Of a DNA stretch of 8,375 bases, positions 1 through 6,868 are shown piece by piece. The position numbers were made by a program, and so were the translations under genes. The notes under the pieces are model-generated. The model had not been told where the DNA came from. It worked only from the letters and a program-made list of their open reading frames with translations, and did not search any database. Position 1 is the stretch's first letter. Each line of letters starts with the position of its first letter. Source of the stretch: a virus (Duplodnaviria; Heunggongvirae; Uroviricota; Caudoviricetes); IMG/VR virus record IMGVR_UViG_2529292834_000009, positions 1 to 8,375 of that record; one strand, written 5' to 3'.

Positions 1-250
1 TGAGAAGCGGTGTAAGTGAACTGCAGTTGCCATGTTTTACGGCAGTGAGAGCAGAGATAGCGCTGATGTCCGGCGGTGCTTTTGCCGTTACGCACCACCC
101 CGTCAGTAGCTGAACAGGAGGGACAGCTGATAGAAACAGAAGCCACTGGAGCACCTCAAAAACACCATCATACACTAAATCAGTAAGTTGGCAGCATCAC
201 CATTTTTGCTTGTAATTGGCGTTCTGGTCTGATTTTTGTGGAGTAAGTTG

Positions 251-634
251 ATGCGTGATATTCAGATGGTTCTTGAGCGTTGGGGAGCGTGGGCGGCTAA
301 TAATCATGAAGATGTGACCTGGTCGTCCATTGCCGCCGGTTTTAAGGGATTAATTACTTCAAAAGTAAAATCTCGCCCGCAATGTTGTGACGATGACGCG
401 ATGATCATTTGCGGGTGCATGGCCCGTCTGAAAAAGAACAACAGCGATTTGCACGATTTATTAGTAGATTATTATGTAGTCGGTATGACATTCATGTCAC
501 TGGCAGGTAAGCATTGCTGCTCTGATGGTTATATCGGGAAAAGGTTACAGAAGGCTGAGGGCATAATTGAAGGGATGTTAATGGCATTAGATATCCGGTT
601 AGAGATGGATATCGTTGTTAATAACTCTAATTAA
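251..634 (+). CDS. quuD: Q-family late-gene antiterminator (phage 82/DLP12 QuuD type); probable ATG at 251 rather than the track's TTG at 236
   Basis: ORF track 236..634; translation from [26 protein letters not shown]... with Cys-rich region ([16 protein letters not shown]) matches my recollection of DLP12 QuuD; GGAG about 9 nt upstream of ATG 251; position immediately upstream of the lysis region as in lambdoid phages. Confidence 0.8.
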   Translation: MRDIQMVLERWGAWAANNHEDVTWSSIAAGFKGLITSKVKSRPQCCDDDAMIICGCMARLKKNNSDLHDLLVDYYVVGMTFMSLAGKHCCSDGYIGKRLQKAEGIIEGMLMALDIRLEMDIVVNNSN

Positions 635-773
635 TATGCCAATTGTTTACTAAAAATTATTAAAAATGGGGCGTTGAGACGCCCCCAAAAATAAAGGGTA
701 ATATATAACAGAAGGTTTATATAGTTAGAAGCAAGGTTGTGCTTCTAAAGGAAGTGGCTTGAGGGAGCCACTT
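635..773 (+). promoter_or_regulatory. Candidate late promoter / Q-utilisation region with stem-loops (668-673/680-685; 726-733/740-747; 752-759/766-773)
   Basis: Location directly 3' of the Q gene, where lambdoid phages carry PR' and qut; three perfect short inverted repeats read from the sequence; possible -35 TTGAGA (674..679) and -10 TAATAT (699..704) with a suboptimal 19-nt spacer. Promoter assignment is weak. Confidence 0.35.
651..686 (-). terminator. Possible minus-strand intrinsic terminator (distal terminator for the porin transcript)
   Basis: GC stem GGGGCG/CGCCCC (668..673 / 680..685); on the minus strand it is followed by ATTTTTAATAATTTTT (complement of 651..667). Confidence 0.35.
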
Positions 774-815
774 ATATGTTGGGGAGGCAAAGCCTCCCGC
801 AACATATCTTTTTCG
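774..815 (+). terminator. Intrinsic terminator-like hairpin with T-tract (candidate tR' analogue; also lies just 3' of the convergent porin gene)
   Basis: Near-perfect inverted repeat ATATGTTGGGGAGGC / GCCTCCCGCAACATAT (774..788 / 792..807, one bulged base, 3-nt loop) followed by CTTTTTCG (808..815) on the + strand. Confidence 0.5.
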
Positions 816-823
816 TAATCAGA

Positions 824-1906
824 TTAGAACTGATACACCAGACCTACAGCGACGATGTCGTCGGTATCAATACCAGCTGTTTTGGTAAACTTACTATCGT
901 CAATTAAGTTGATTTTGTAATCAACAAAAGTGGACATGTTTTTATTAAAGTAGTAAGTAGCACCGACATCGACATACTTGACTAAGTCTCGGTCACCATG
1001 AACACCAAGGTCTTTACCTTTTGACTGAAGGTAAGCAACAGATGGTCGCAGACCGAAGTCAAACTGATATTGTGCTACTGCTTCAAAGTTTTGTGCTTTG
1101 TTTGCAATATGGTTATTACCAAAAACGGTCATATTCTGAGTTTCAGAATATGTGGTAGCCAGATAGATATTGTTCGCATCATATTTCAGGCCTGCAGCCC
1201 ATACTTCCGCATTTTTGCCGGAGGCATTGAATTTGCTCTTACCATAGGCGACCTGACCGTCAGTGCGATCTGATTTAGCATAGGTTGCACCCACGCCGAA
1301 TCCTTCATACTCATAAGTAGTGGAGAAACCGAAACCATCACCATTGGCTTCAGTTACGTCAGTGCGGTCATTTTTACCCTGATACTGAGCAGCAAAGTTC
1401 AGGCCATCGACCAGACCAAAGAAGTCGTTGTTACGATAGGTTGCAACACCAGTGGTGCGACCAGTCATGAACACATCTGTTTGGGTCCAGGTATCGCCAC
1501 CGAATTCTGGCAGAACGTCAGTCCACGCACCGATGTCGTATGCTACACCGTAGTTACGGCCGTAATCGATTGAGCCGTAGTCACCGAATTTCAGGCCTGC
1601 AAATGCAAGACGGGTTTTGTCTTTGGAGGAACCTTGAGATTCAGCGCGGTTGCCTTTGAATTCATATTCCCACTGACCGAAACCAGTCAGTTGATCGTTG
1701 ATTTGGGTTTCACCTTTGAAGCCAAGACGGGCATAAGTAGTATCACCATCATCTGCATCGTTAGAGGAAAAGTAGTGCTTGGCATTAACTTTCCCGTACA
1801 GATCCAGCTTGTTACTGTCTTTATTATAAATTTCAGCTGCCTGAGCAGACATCGTCATCAGTACTGATGCAGCTACAGCAGAAATTGCCACTGTTAATTT
1901 TTTCAT
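824..1906 (-). CDS. nmpC: Outer-membrane general porin, OmpC/OmpF/PhoE family (phage-encoded Lc/NmpC type), apparently intact
   Basis: 360-aa ORF; N-terminal signal peptide [23 protein letters not shown]|AEIYNKD; porin-typical Gly/Tyr/Asp/Asn-rich beta-strand composition; C-terminal ...VGLVYQF (terminal Phe typical of beta-barrel OMPs); position between Q and the holin on the opposite strand, as for nmpC in DLP12 and lc in phage PA-2. Confidence 0.9.
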   Translation of the reverse strand: MKKLTVAISAVAASVLMTMSAQAAEIYNKDSNKLDLYGKVNAKHYFSSNDADDGDTTYARLGFKGETQINDQLTGFGQWEYEFKGNRAESQGSSKDKTRLAFAGLKFGDYGSIDYGRNYGVAYDIGAWTDVLPEFGGDTWTQTDVFMTGRTTGVATYRNNDFFGLVDGLNFAAQYQGKNDRTDVTEANGDGFGFSTTYEYEGFGVGATYAKSDRTDGQVAYGKSKFNASGKNAEVWAAGLKYDANNIYLATTYSETQNMTVFGNNHIANKAQNFEAVAQYQFDFGLRPSVAYLQSKGKDLGVHGDRDLVKYVDVGATYYFNKNMSTFVDYKINLIDDSKFTKTAGIDTDDIVAVGLVYQF

Positions 1907-2494
1907 CGTGAGCCCTTTTTTTTGAACTATTATTAAAAAATGATGTCACTGCGCGATAAATATTCATCTAATCAATGTGATTATTTCAAGATGTAAGTTT
2001 TAGTTTCTCATTTAATTTGTGAAGTAGATCTCTATTTTTATCTGAACTTTTTCTATCGAAACCTATTTATGGCTCTTATTTGAACAAAAATAAACCTATT
2101 AGCTAATTTATATTAATGGCTGTTATTTATGGGGGTTCTATAATTCGGTGGTTTAATTTAAATCAACTAAAAATAACGCCGGAAATTATTTATTGGTTAT
2201 TTGTTGAGGTTTTCTTATATATTTGTGGTGGTGTTTTGAACACTCGGTAGCATTCTCATAAATATCATTCAGTGGTTTACGTACGTAAAAAATTGGTTAT
2301 GCTGTTAAGAGTGGTTACTTCGTCACACAGCTTAAACCCGCCGTCGAGCTGGTTTTTCCATTTTTTGAGTCTCGATATTAGCTGATAACTCAATACCTGA
2401 GTTATTCACTGACTCCGAGTCTGTTACGTTTCTGCTTTTTTGCGATACGTTGTATTCCCTCAATTTACACCCGCTTTGTCTGCGAGGTGGGGTT
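1907..2494. promoter_or_regulatory. AT-rich ORF-free divergent intergenic region: porin promoter/leader (minus strand) and lysis-gene leader (plus strand)
   Basis: No ORF of 60 aa or more in any frame; strongly AT-rich; short direct repeats (AACCTATT at 2060..2067 and 2093..2100; TATTTATGG at 2064..2072 and 2125..2133); perfect 14-bp palindrome TTTACGTACGTAAA at 2276..2289. Confidence 0.4.
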
Positions 2495-2710
2495 ATGAAA
2501 TCCATGGATAAGTTAACAACGGGTGTCGCCTATGGCACCTCAGCAGGTAGTGCCGGTTACTGGTTTTTACAGCTGCTCGATAAAGTCACGCCCTCACAGT
2601 GGGCAGCAATAGGTGTGCTGGGTAGCCTGGTATTTGGCCTGCTGACGTACCTGACAAACCTTTATTTCAAGATTAAAGAAGATAAGCGCAAGGCTGCGAG
2701 AGGTGAATAA
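2495..2710 (+). CDS. essD: Class II holin, phage 21 S (pinholin) type, with dual-start motif (Met1-Lys-Ser-Met4: ATG 2495 and ATG 2504)
   Basis: 71 codons from [26 protein letters not shown]...; two hydrophobic segments; charged C-terminus [13 protein letters not shown]; stop TAA overlaps the endolysin ATG (TAATG at 2708..2712); GGTGGGG upstream. The track ORF 2450..2710 starts further upstream at a less likely start. Confidence 0.85.
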
Positions 2711-3207
2711 TGCCTCCATCATTACGAAAAGCCGTTGCTGCTGCTATTGGTGGCGGAGCAATTGCTATAGCATCAGTGTTAATCACTGGCCCAAGTGGTA
2801 ACGATGGTCTGGAAGGTGTCAGCTACATACCATACAAAGATATCGTTGGCGTATGGACTGTATGTCACGGGCATACAGGAAAAGACATCATTCCCGGTAA
2901 AACGTATACCGAAGCAGAATGCAAAGCCCTCCTGAATAAAGACCTTGCCACGGTAGCCAGACAAATTAACCCGTACATCAAAGTCGATATACCGGAAACA
3001 ACGCGCGGCGCTCTTTACTCGTTCGTTTACAACGTGGGCGCTGGCAATTTCAGAACATCGACGCTTCTTCGCAAAATAAACCAGGGCGATATCAGAGGCG
3101 CATGTGATCAGCTACGTCGCTGGGCATACGCTGGCGGTAAGCAATGGAAAGGTCTCATGACTCGTCGTGAGATTGAGCGTGAAATCTGTTTGTGGGGTCA
3201 GCAATGA
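2710..3207 (+). CDS. rrrD: SAR (signal-anchor-release) endolysin, T4-lysozyme-like muramidase (phage 21 R type)
   Basis: 165 aa; N-terminal Gly/Ala-rich weakly hydrophobic SAR segment ([20 protein letters not shown]) followed by E(35)...D(44)...T motif typical of T4-lysozyme-family catalytic residues; translationally coupled to holin (TAATG) and to Rz (ATGA at 3204..3207). Confidence 0.9.
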   Translation: MPPSLRKAVAAAIGGGAIAIASVLITGPSGNDGLEGVSYIPYKDIVGVWTVCHGHTGKDIIPGKTYTEAECKALLNKDLATVARQINPYIKVDIPETTRGALYSFVYNVGAGNFRTSTLLRKINQGDIRGACDQLRRWAYAGGKQWKGLMTRREIEREICLWGQQ

Positions 3208-3665
3208 ACAGAGTAACCGCGATTATCTCCGCTCTGGTTATCTGCATCATCGTCTGCCTGTCATGGGCTGTTAATCATTACCGTGATAACGCCATTACCT
3301 ACAAAGCCCAGCGCGACAAAAATGCCAGAGAACTGAAGCTGGCGAACGCGGCAATTACTGACATGCAGATGCGTCAGCGTGATGTTGCTGCGCTCGATGC
3401 AAAATACACGAAGGAGTTAGCTGATGCGAAAGCTGAAAATGATGCTCTGCGTGATGATGTTGCCGCTGGTCGTCGTCGGTTGCACATCAAAGCAGTCTGT
3501 CAGTCAGTGCGTGAAGCCACCACCGCCTCCGGCGTGGATAATGCAGCCTCCCCCCGACTGGCAGACACCGCTGAACGGGATTATTTCACCCTCAGAGAGA
3601 GGCTGATCACTATGCAAAAACAACTGGAAGGAACCCAGAAGTATATTAATGAGCAGTGCAGATAG
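3204..3665 (+). CDS. rzpD: Rz i-spanin (inner-membrane spanin subunit), lambda type
   Basis: 153 codons from [23 protein letters not shown]...; single N-terminal TM helix then charged coiled-coil-like periplasmic domain; ATG 3204 overlaps the endolysin stop; matches my recollection of lambda Rz. Confidence 0.85.
   Translation: MNRVTAIISALVICIIVCLSWAVNHYRDNAITYKAQRDKNARELKLANAAITDMQMRQRDVAALDAKYTKELADAKAENDALRDDVAAGRRRLHIKAVCQSVREATTASGVDNAASPRLADTAERDYFTLRERLITMQKQLEGTQKYINEQCR
3424..3606 (+). CDS. rzoD: Rz1 o-spanin (outer-membrane lipoprotein) embedded in the +1 frame of Rz
   Basis: 60 aa [24 protein letters not shown]...; lipobox LVVVGC; Pro-rich (PPPPP, PPP); entirely nested in Rz in a different frame, the classic Rz/Rz1 arrangement. 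Confidence 0.8.
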   Translation: MRKLKMMLCVMMLPLVVVGCTSKQSVSQCVKPPPPPAWIMQPPPDWQTPLNGIISPSERG

Positions 3666-3696
3666 AGCTGCCCATATCGATGGGCAACTCATGCAA

Positions 3697-3990
3697 TTAT
3701 TGTGAGCAATACACACGCGCTTCCAGCGGAGTATAAATGCCTAAAGTAATAAAACCGAGCAATCCATTTACGAATGTTTGCTGGGTTTCTGTTTTAACAA
3801 CATTTTCTGCGCCGCCACAAATTTTGGCTGCATCAACAGTTTTCTCCTGTCCAATTCCCGAAACGAAGAAGTGATGGGTGATGGTTTCCTTTGGTGTTAC
3901 TGCTGTCGGTTTGTTTCCAACAGTAAACGTCTGTTGAGCACATCCTGTAATAAGCATTGCCAGAGCGGCAGAAAACAACATTTTTTTCAT
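3697..3990 (-). CDS. borD: Bor lipoprotein (serum-resistance / lysogenic-conversion protein)
   Basis: 97 codons from internal ATG 3990: MKKMLFSAALAMLITGCAQQTFTV... with lipobox LITGC; AGGA 8 nt upstream of that ATG; near-identical to my recollection of lambda Bor; the track ORF 3697..4038 starts at an upstream less likely Met. Confidence 0.85.
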   Translation of the reverse strand: MKKMLFSAALAMLITGCAQQTFTVGNKPTAVTPKETITHHFFVSGIGQEKTVDAAKICGGAENVVKTETQQTFVNGLLGFITLGIYTPLEARVYCSQ

Positions 3991-4349
3991 CTTATTATCC
4001 TGCATTGTTAAAAACGGCAGAATCCTATGTGACAACAATTAAACGATAGTTAAATGGATTGATGAAAATTAAAACTATATAGGTGGATGCTCAGCCTATT
4101 GGAGGAGGGGGGCACTCAGAATCCTGTGGAATGAAATAAACCGCTCTTTCTGTCCATTACCCTTTTAGCTGCGCTGTATCGTCGCCGTATTCCCGCATTA
4201 ACCATGACCGTAGCCCGACGGGGAATTCCTTCTGCGTGAGTGTGCGGGAATAATCAAAAACGATGCACACCGGGTTTTACTGTGCTGACAGACGCAGGGT
4301 TACCCTCATAGTCGCTTTTCCGGTGCGATGGTGGAAGAAACCGGGATGT

Positions 4350-4544
4350 TTATTCATCATCACTCTGGATTGATGTATATGCTCTCTTTTCTGACGTTAG
4401 TCTCCGACGGCAGGCTTCAATGACCCAGGCTGAGAAATTCCCAGACCCTTTTTGCTCAAGAGCGATGTTAATTTGTTCAATCATTTGGTTAGGAAAGCGG
4501 ATGTTGCGGGTTGTTGTTCTGCGGGTTCTGTTCTTCGTTGACAT
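4350..4544 (-). CDS. Small basic protein with ribbon-helix-helix-like core (possibly YlcI/DUF3950-like); function unknown
   Basis: 64-aa ORF MSTKNRTRRTTTRNIRFPNQMIEQINIALEQKGSGNFSAWVIEACRRRL...; basic N-terminus followed by a beta-strand/helix pattern (IRFP..., ...GSGNFSAWVIEA) reminiscent of RHH DNA-binding proteins; a 64-aa gene occupies this position in DLP12 by recollection. Family assignment is inference. Confidence 0.5.
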   Translation of the reverse strand: MSTKNRTRRTTTRNIRFPNQMIEQINIALEQKGSGNFSAWVIEACRRRLTSEKRAYTSIQSDDE

Positions 4545-4699
4545 GAGGTTGCCCCGTATTCAGTGTCGCTGATTTGTATTGTCTGAAGTTGTTTTTACGT
4601 TAAGTTGATGCAGATCAATTAATACGATACCTGCGTCATAATTGATTATTTGACGTGGTTTGATGGCGTAGATGCACGTTGTGACATGTAGATGATAAT

Positions 4700-4932
4700 T
4701 ATTATCATTTTGCGGGTCCTTTCCGGCGATCCGACAGGTTACGGGGCGGCGACCTCGCGGGTTTTCGCTATTTATGAAAATTTTCCGGTTTAAGGCATTT
4801 CCGTTCTTCTTCGTCGTAACTTAATGTTTTTATTTAAAATACCCCCTGAAAAGAAAGGAAACGACAGGTGCTGAAAACGAGCTTTTGGGCCTCTGTCGTT
4901 TCCTTTCTCTGTTTTTGGCCGTGGAATGAACA
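4700..4932 (+). other. Lambda-type cos site: cosQ region, cosN (12-nt cohesive end GGGCGGCGACCT at 4744..4755) and cosB (R3 about 4792..4807; R2 4853..4867 and R1 4893..4907 as an inverted pair)
   Basis: ...CCGACAGGTTACG|GGGCGGCGACCTCGCGGGTTTTCGCTATTTATGAAAATTTTCCGG... matches my recollection of the lambda right end joined to the lambda left end; R1 and R2 are exact reverse complements (GAAAGGAAACGACAG / CTGTCGTTTCCTTTC); lies immediately upstream of Nu1. Confidence 0.8.
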
Positions 4933-5478
4933 ATGGAAGTCAACAAAAAGCAGCTGGCTGACATTTTCGGTGCGAGTATCCGTACCATTCAGAACTGGCA
5001 GGAACAGGGAATGCCCGTTCTGCGAGGCGGTGGCAAGGGTAATGAGGTGCTTTATGACTCTGCCGCCGTTATAAGATGGTATGCCGAAAGGGATGCTGAA
5101 ATTGAGAACGAAAAGCTGCGCCGGGAAGTTGAAGAACTGCGGCAGGCCAGCGAGACAGATCTCCAGCCAGGGACTATTGAGTACGAACGCCATCGACTTA
5201 CGCGTGCGCAGGCCGACGCACAGGAGCTGAAAAATGCCAGAGACTCCGCTGAAGTGGTGGAAACCGCATTCTGTACTTTCGTGCTGTCGCGGATCGCAGG
5301 TGAAATTGCCAGTATTCTCGACGGGATCCCCCTGTCGGTGCAGCGGCGTTTTCCGGAACTGGAAAACCGACATGTTGATTTCCTGAAACGGGATATCATC
5401 AAAGCCATGAACAAAGCAGCCGCGCTGGATGAACTGATACCGGGGTTGCTGAGTGAATATATCGAACAGTCAGGTTAA
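4933..5478 (+). CDS. nohD: Terminase small subunit Nu1 (lambda gpNu1), full length
   Basis: 181 aa MEVNKKQLADIFGASIRTIQNWQEQGMPVLRGGGKGNEVLYDSAAV...; near-identical to my recollection of lambda Nu1 (a few substitutions); N-terminal winged-HTH region; 3' end overlaps the start of gene A as in lambda. Confidence 0.9.
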   Translation: MEVNKKQLADIFGASIRTIQNWQEQGMPVLRGGGKGNEVLYDSAAVIRWYAERDAEIENEKLRREVEELRQASETDLQPGTIEYERHRLTRAQADAQELKNARDSAEVVETAFCTFVLSRIAGEIASILDGIPLSVQRRFPELENRHVDFLKRDIIKAMNKAAALDELIPGLLSEYIEQSG

Positions 5479-5668
5479 CAGGCTGCGGCATTTTGTCCGC
5501 GCCGGGCTTCGCTCACTGTTCAGGCCGGAGCCACAGACCGCCGTTGAATGGGCGGATGCTAATTACTATCTCCCGAAAGAATCCGCATACCAGGAAGGGC
5601 GCTGGGAAACACTGCCCTTTCAGCGGGCCATCATGAATGCGATGGGCAGCGACTATAACTGTTATTAA
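5453..5668 (+). pseudogene. Terminase large subunit (lambda gpA) N-terminal fragment; homology ends after about codon 68, then 3 foreign codons and a stop
   Basis: MNISNSQVNRLRHFVRAGLRSLFRPEPQTAVEWADANYYLPKESAYQEGRWETLPFQRAIMNAMGSDY matches the lambda gpA N-terminus by recollection; the full protein is about 640 aa, so roughly 570 codons are missing; breakpoint about 5655..5658. Confidence 0.85.
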
Positions 5669-6581
5669 TGAAAATCCGACAGCACAAGGATATCAGGCAA
5701 TTGCTGTAAACACGAATGATGCTTACACCTGCCCGGCAGGTTCTTATACGACGATATCGTGTCTGACGAAAAGTGATAATTCCCGGTGTCGTGCAAGGTT
5801 CGGAAAAATGTCTGATAATGGTGCGTTTGTTTTTCATTCAGATGCAGTTCTGGATCCTGTTACGGGAAATGTTGTTCATGGAAATAATGTGACGGTGACG
5901 GCAGAAAGAGTCGGTGAATGGTGGTTGTTTACCGCCACTCTTTTTGCAGATGCGGAAATGATAATCAGCTCAAGATTTGAAATCCTGGCGATGCCTGGAA
6001 TCAGTATTATCCCCAATGGCTCTACGTTAGATATTGCGATGCCTCAGGCGGAGATTGGGTCGTACAGGACGTCATTTATCATTACTGAAGGGGCTCCTGG
6101 CACTCGCTCCAGCGACATGGTGACAATACCTGTAAGAAACAATATTCACCGATTACCATTCAGTGCTCTTGTTGAAGTTAATAAAAACTGGGATATCCCT
6201 CCCAGCAAATCACCATTAATCTTTAATGTTAAAGATTATCAGGAAAATGGTCTGTTCACGCATGGATTCCGTGGTAATAATTTCTCTGATGCCGGTTCTC
6301 CTTTTATTTCTATGGGAGGGTGTAATAAATATGTGGCAACAACCCAGAGGAAAATCATTTCAGGCTTCCGTTGTGGCGCTGATGGAGATGTTCAGGCCGT
6401 ATGTAATGGTGAATTATCTGTTGCGGCAAAAACAACATGGACTTCAATTGTTCCACGGGCAGTATTGCGAATTGGAGGGCAGGGCACTAATGGGGAGTAT
6501 CATCTTTTTGGTCATATCCGTAATCTGCGTATCTGGCATAAAGAATTAACTGATGCGCAAATGGGGGAGAGTATTAAATGA
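5637..6581 (+). CDS. C-terminal fragment of a fibre/adhesin-like protein with a predicted concanavalin/LamG-like beta-sandwich C-terminal domain; 5' end lost at the deletion junction (possibly expressed from internal ATG 5808, or a pseudogene)
   Basis: 314-aa ORF whose first about 7 codons overlap the gpA remnant in another frame; beta-rich N/T/G/S/V composition; C-terminus ...VLRIGGQGTNGEYHLFGHIRNLRIWHKELTDAQM resembles the terminal strand motif of LamG-type jelly-roll domains; stop overlaps the next ATG (ATGA at 6578..6581). Domain call is from motif recognition only. Confidence 0.5.
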   Translation: MRWAATITVINENPTAQGYQAIAVNTNDAYTCPAGSYTTISCLTKSDNSRCRARFGKMSDNGAFVFHSDAVLDPVTGNVVHGNNVTVTAERVGEWWLFTATLFADAEMIISSRFEILAMPGISIIPNGSTLDIAMPQAEIGSYRTSFIITEGAPGTRSSDMVTIPVRNNIHRLPFSALVEVNKNWDIPPSKSPLIFNVKDYQENGLFTHGFRGNNFSDAGSPFISMGGCNKYVATTQRKIISGFRCGADGDVQAVCNGELSVAAKTTWTSIVPRAVLRIGGQGTNGEYHLFGHIRNLRIWHKELTDAQMGESIK

Positions 6582-6859
6582 AAGATTTAACACTCAAATT
6601 TGCAGACAGGGCCGACTTTTCGGCCTTTATGGAGAGTATTGGCTATTATGATGACGAGTCGATGCAGGATGATATTCTTATTGACGTGATAGGTAACGTG
6701 TACAAAGAAACCGGAGAACTGACTGAAGATGGCGAACCGGTATGTGTTAAGGAAGACGGATATTTTGTAAACGTGCGCATCATTAATGATGTAAAAAAAT
6801 CGTCAATATTCGATAAATACGCGGTTGTTGTTGAGCATCAACTTCGTGGCTGGATGTGA
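6578..6859 (+). CDS. Small acidic hypothetical protein (93 aa), translationally coupled to the upstream ORF
   Basis: ORF MKDLTLKFADRADFSAFMESIGYYDDESMQDDILIDVIGN...; Asp/Glu-rich; purine-rich GGGGGAGAG upstream; start overlaps the upstream stop. No recognisable family. Confidence 0.55.
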   Translation: MKDLTLKFADRADFSAFMESIGYYDDESMQDDILIDVIGNVYKETGELTEDGEPVCVKEDGYFVNVRIINDVKKSSIFDKYAVVVEHQLRGWM

Positions 6860-6868
6860 GGGAGACAA

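Noticed and set aside
3-113. Open reading frame running in from the window start (frame 3, ...[16 protein letters not shown]) that could be the 3' end of an upstream gene
   Set aside because: Too short and incomplete to assign; I do not recognise the peptide and it has no features I can verify. Left unannotated.
1070-1867. Plus-strand ORFs 1070..1273 and 1634..1867 inside the porin gene
   Set aside because: Fully antisense-overlapped by a 360-aa ORF with unmistakable porin features; no SD; products are low-complexity hydrophobic peptides. Spurious.
2779-2964. Minus-strand 61-aa ORF inside the endolysin gene
   Set aside because: Overlaps a well-supported CDS on the opposite strand; no independent support.
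3504-4011. Minus-strand ORF 3504..3716 over Rz/Rz1 and plus-strand ORF 3778..4011 over bor
   Set aside because: Shadow ORFs opposite strongly supported genes; Cys/Gly-rich nonsense-like translations.
4040-4349. Toxin partner for the RHH-like ORF (toxin-antitoxin pair)
   Set aside because: Manual translation downstream of the RHH ORF on the minus strand finds only very short ORFs (about 10 codons); no credible partner gene.
4834-5414. ORFs 4834..5373 (-), 4868..5074 (+) and 5052..5414 (-) overlapping cos/Nu1
   Set aside because: Nu1 on the + strand is near-identical to lambda Nu1 by recollection; the 4868..5074 ORF runs through the cosB R sites. The overlapping frames are artefacts.
5631-5837. 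Minus-strand 68-aa ORF across the deletion junction
   Set aside because: Arg/Cys-rich low-complexity translation, no SD; antisense to the better-supported + strand ORF.
6226-6549. Alternative-frame 107-aa ORF inside 5637..6581
   Set aside because: Nested in another frame of a longer ORF that has a recognisable domain-like C-terminus; hydrophobic nonsense-like sequence.
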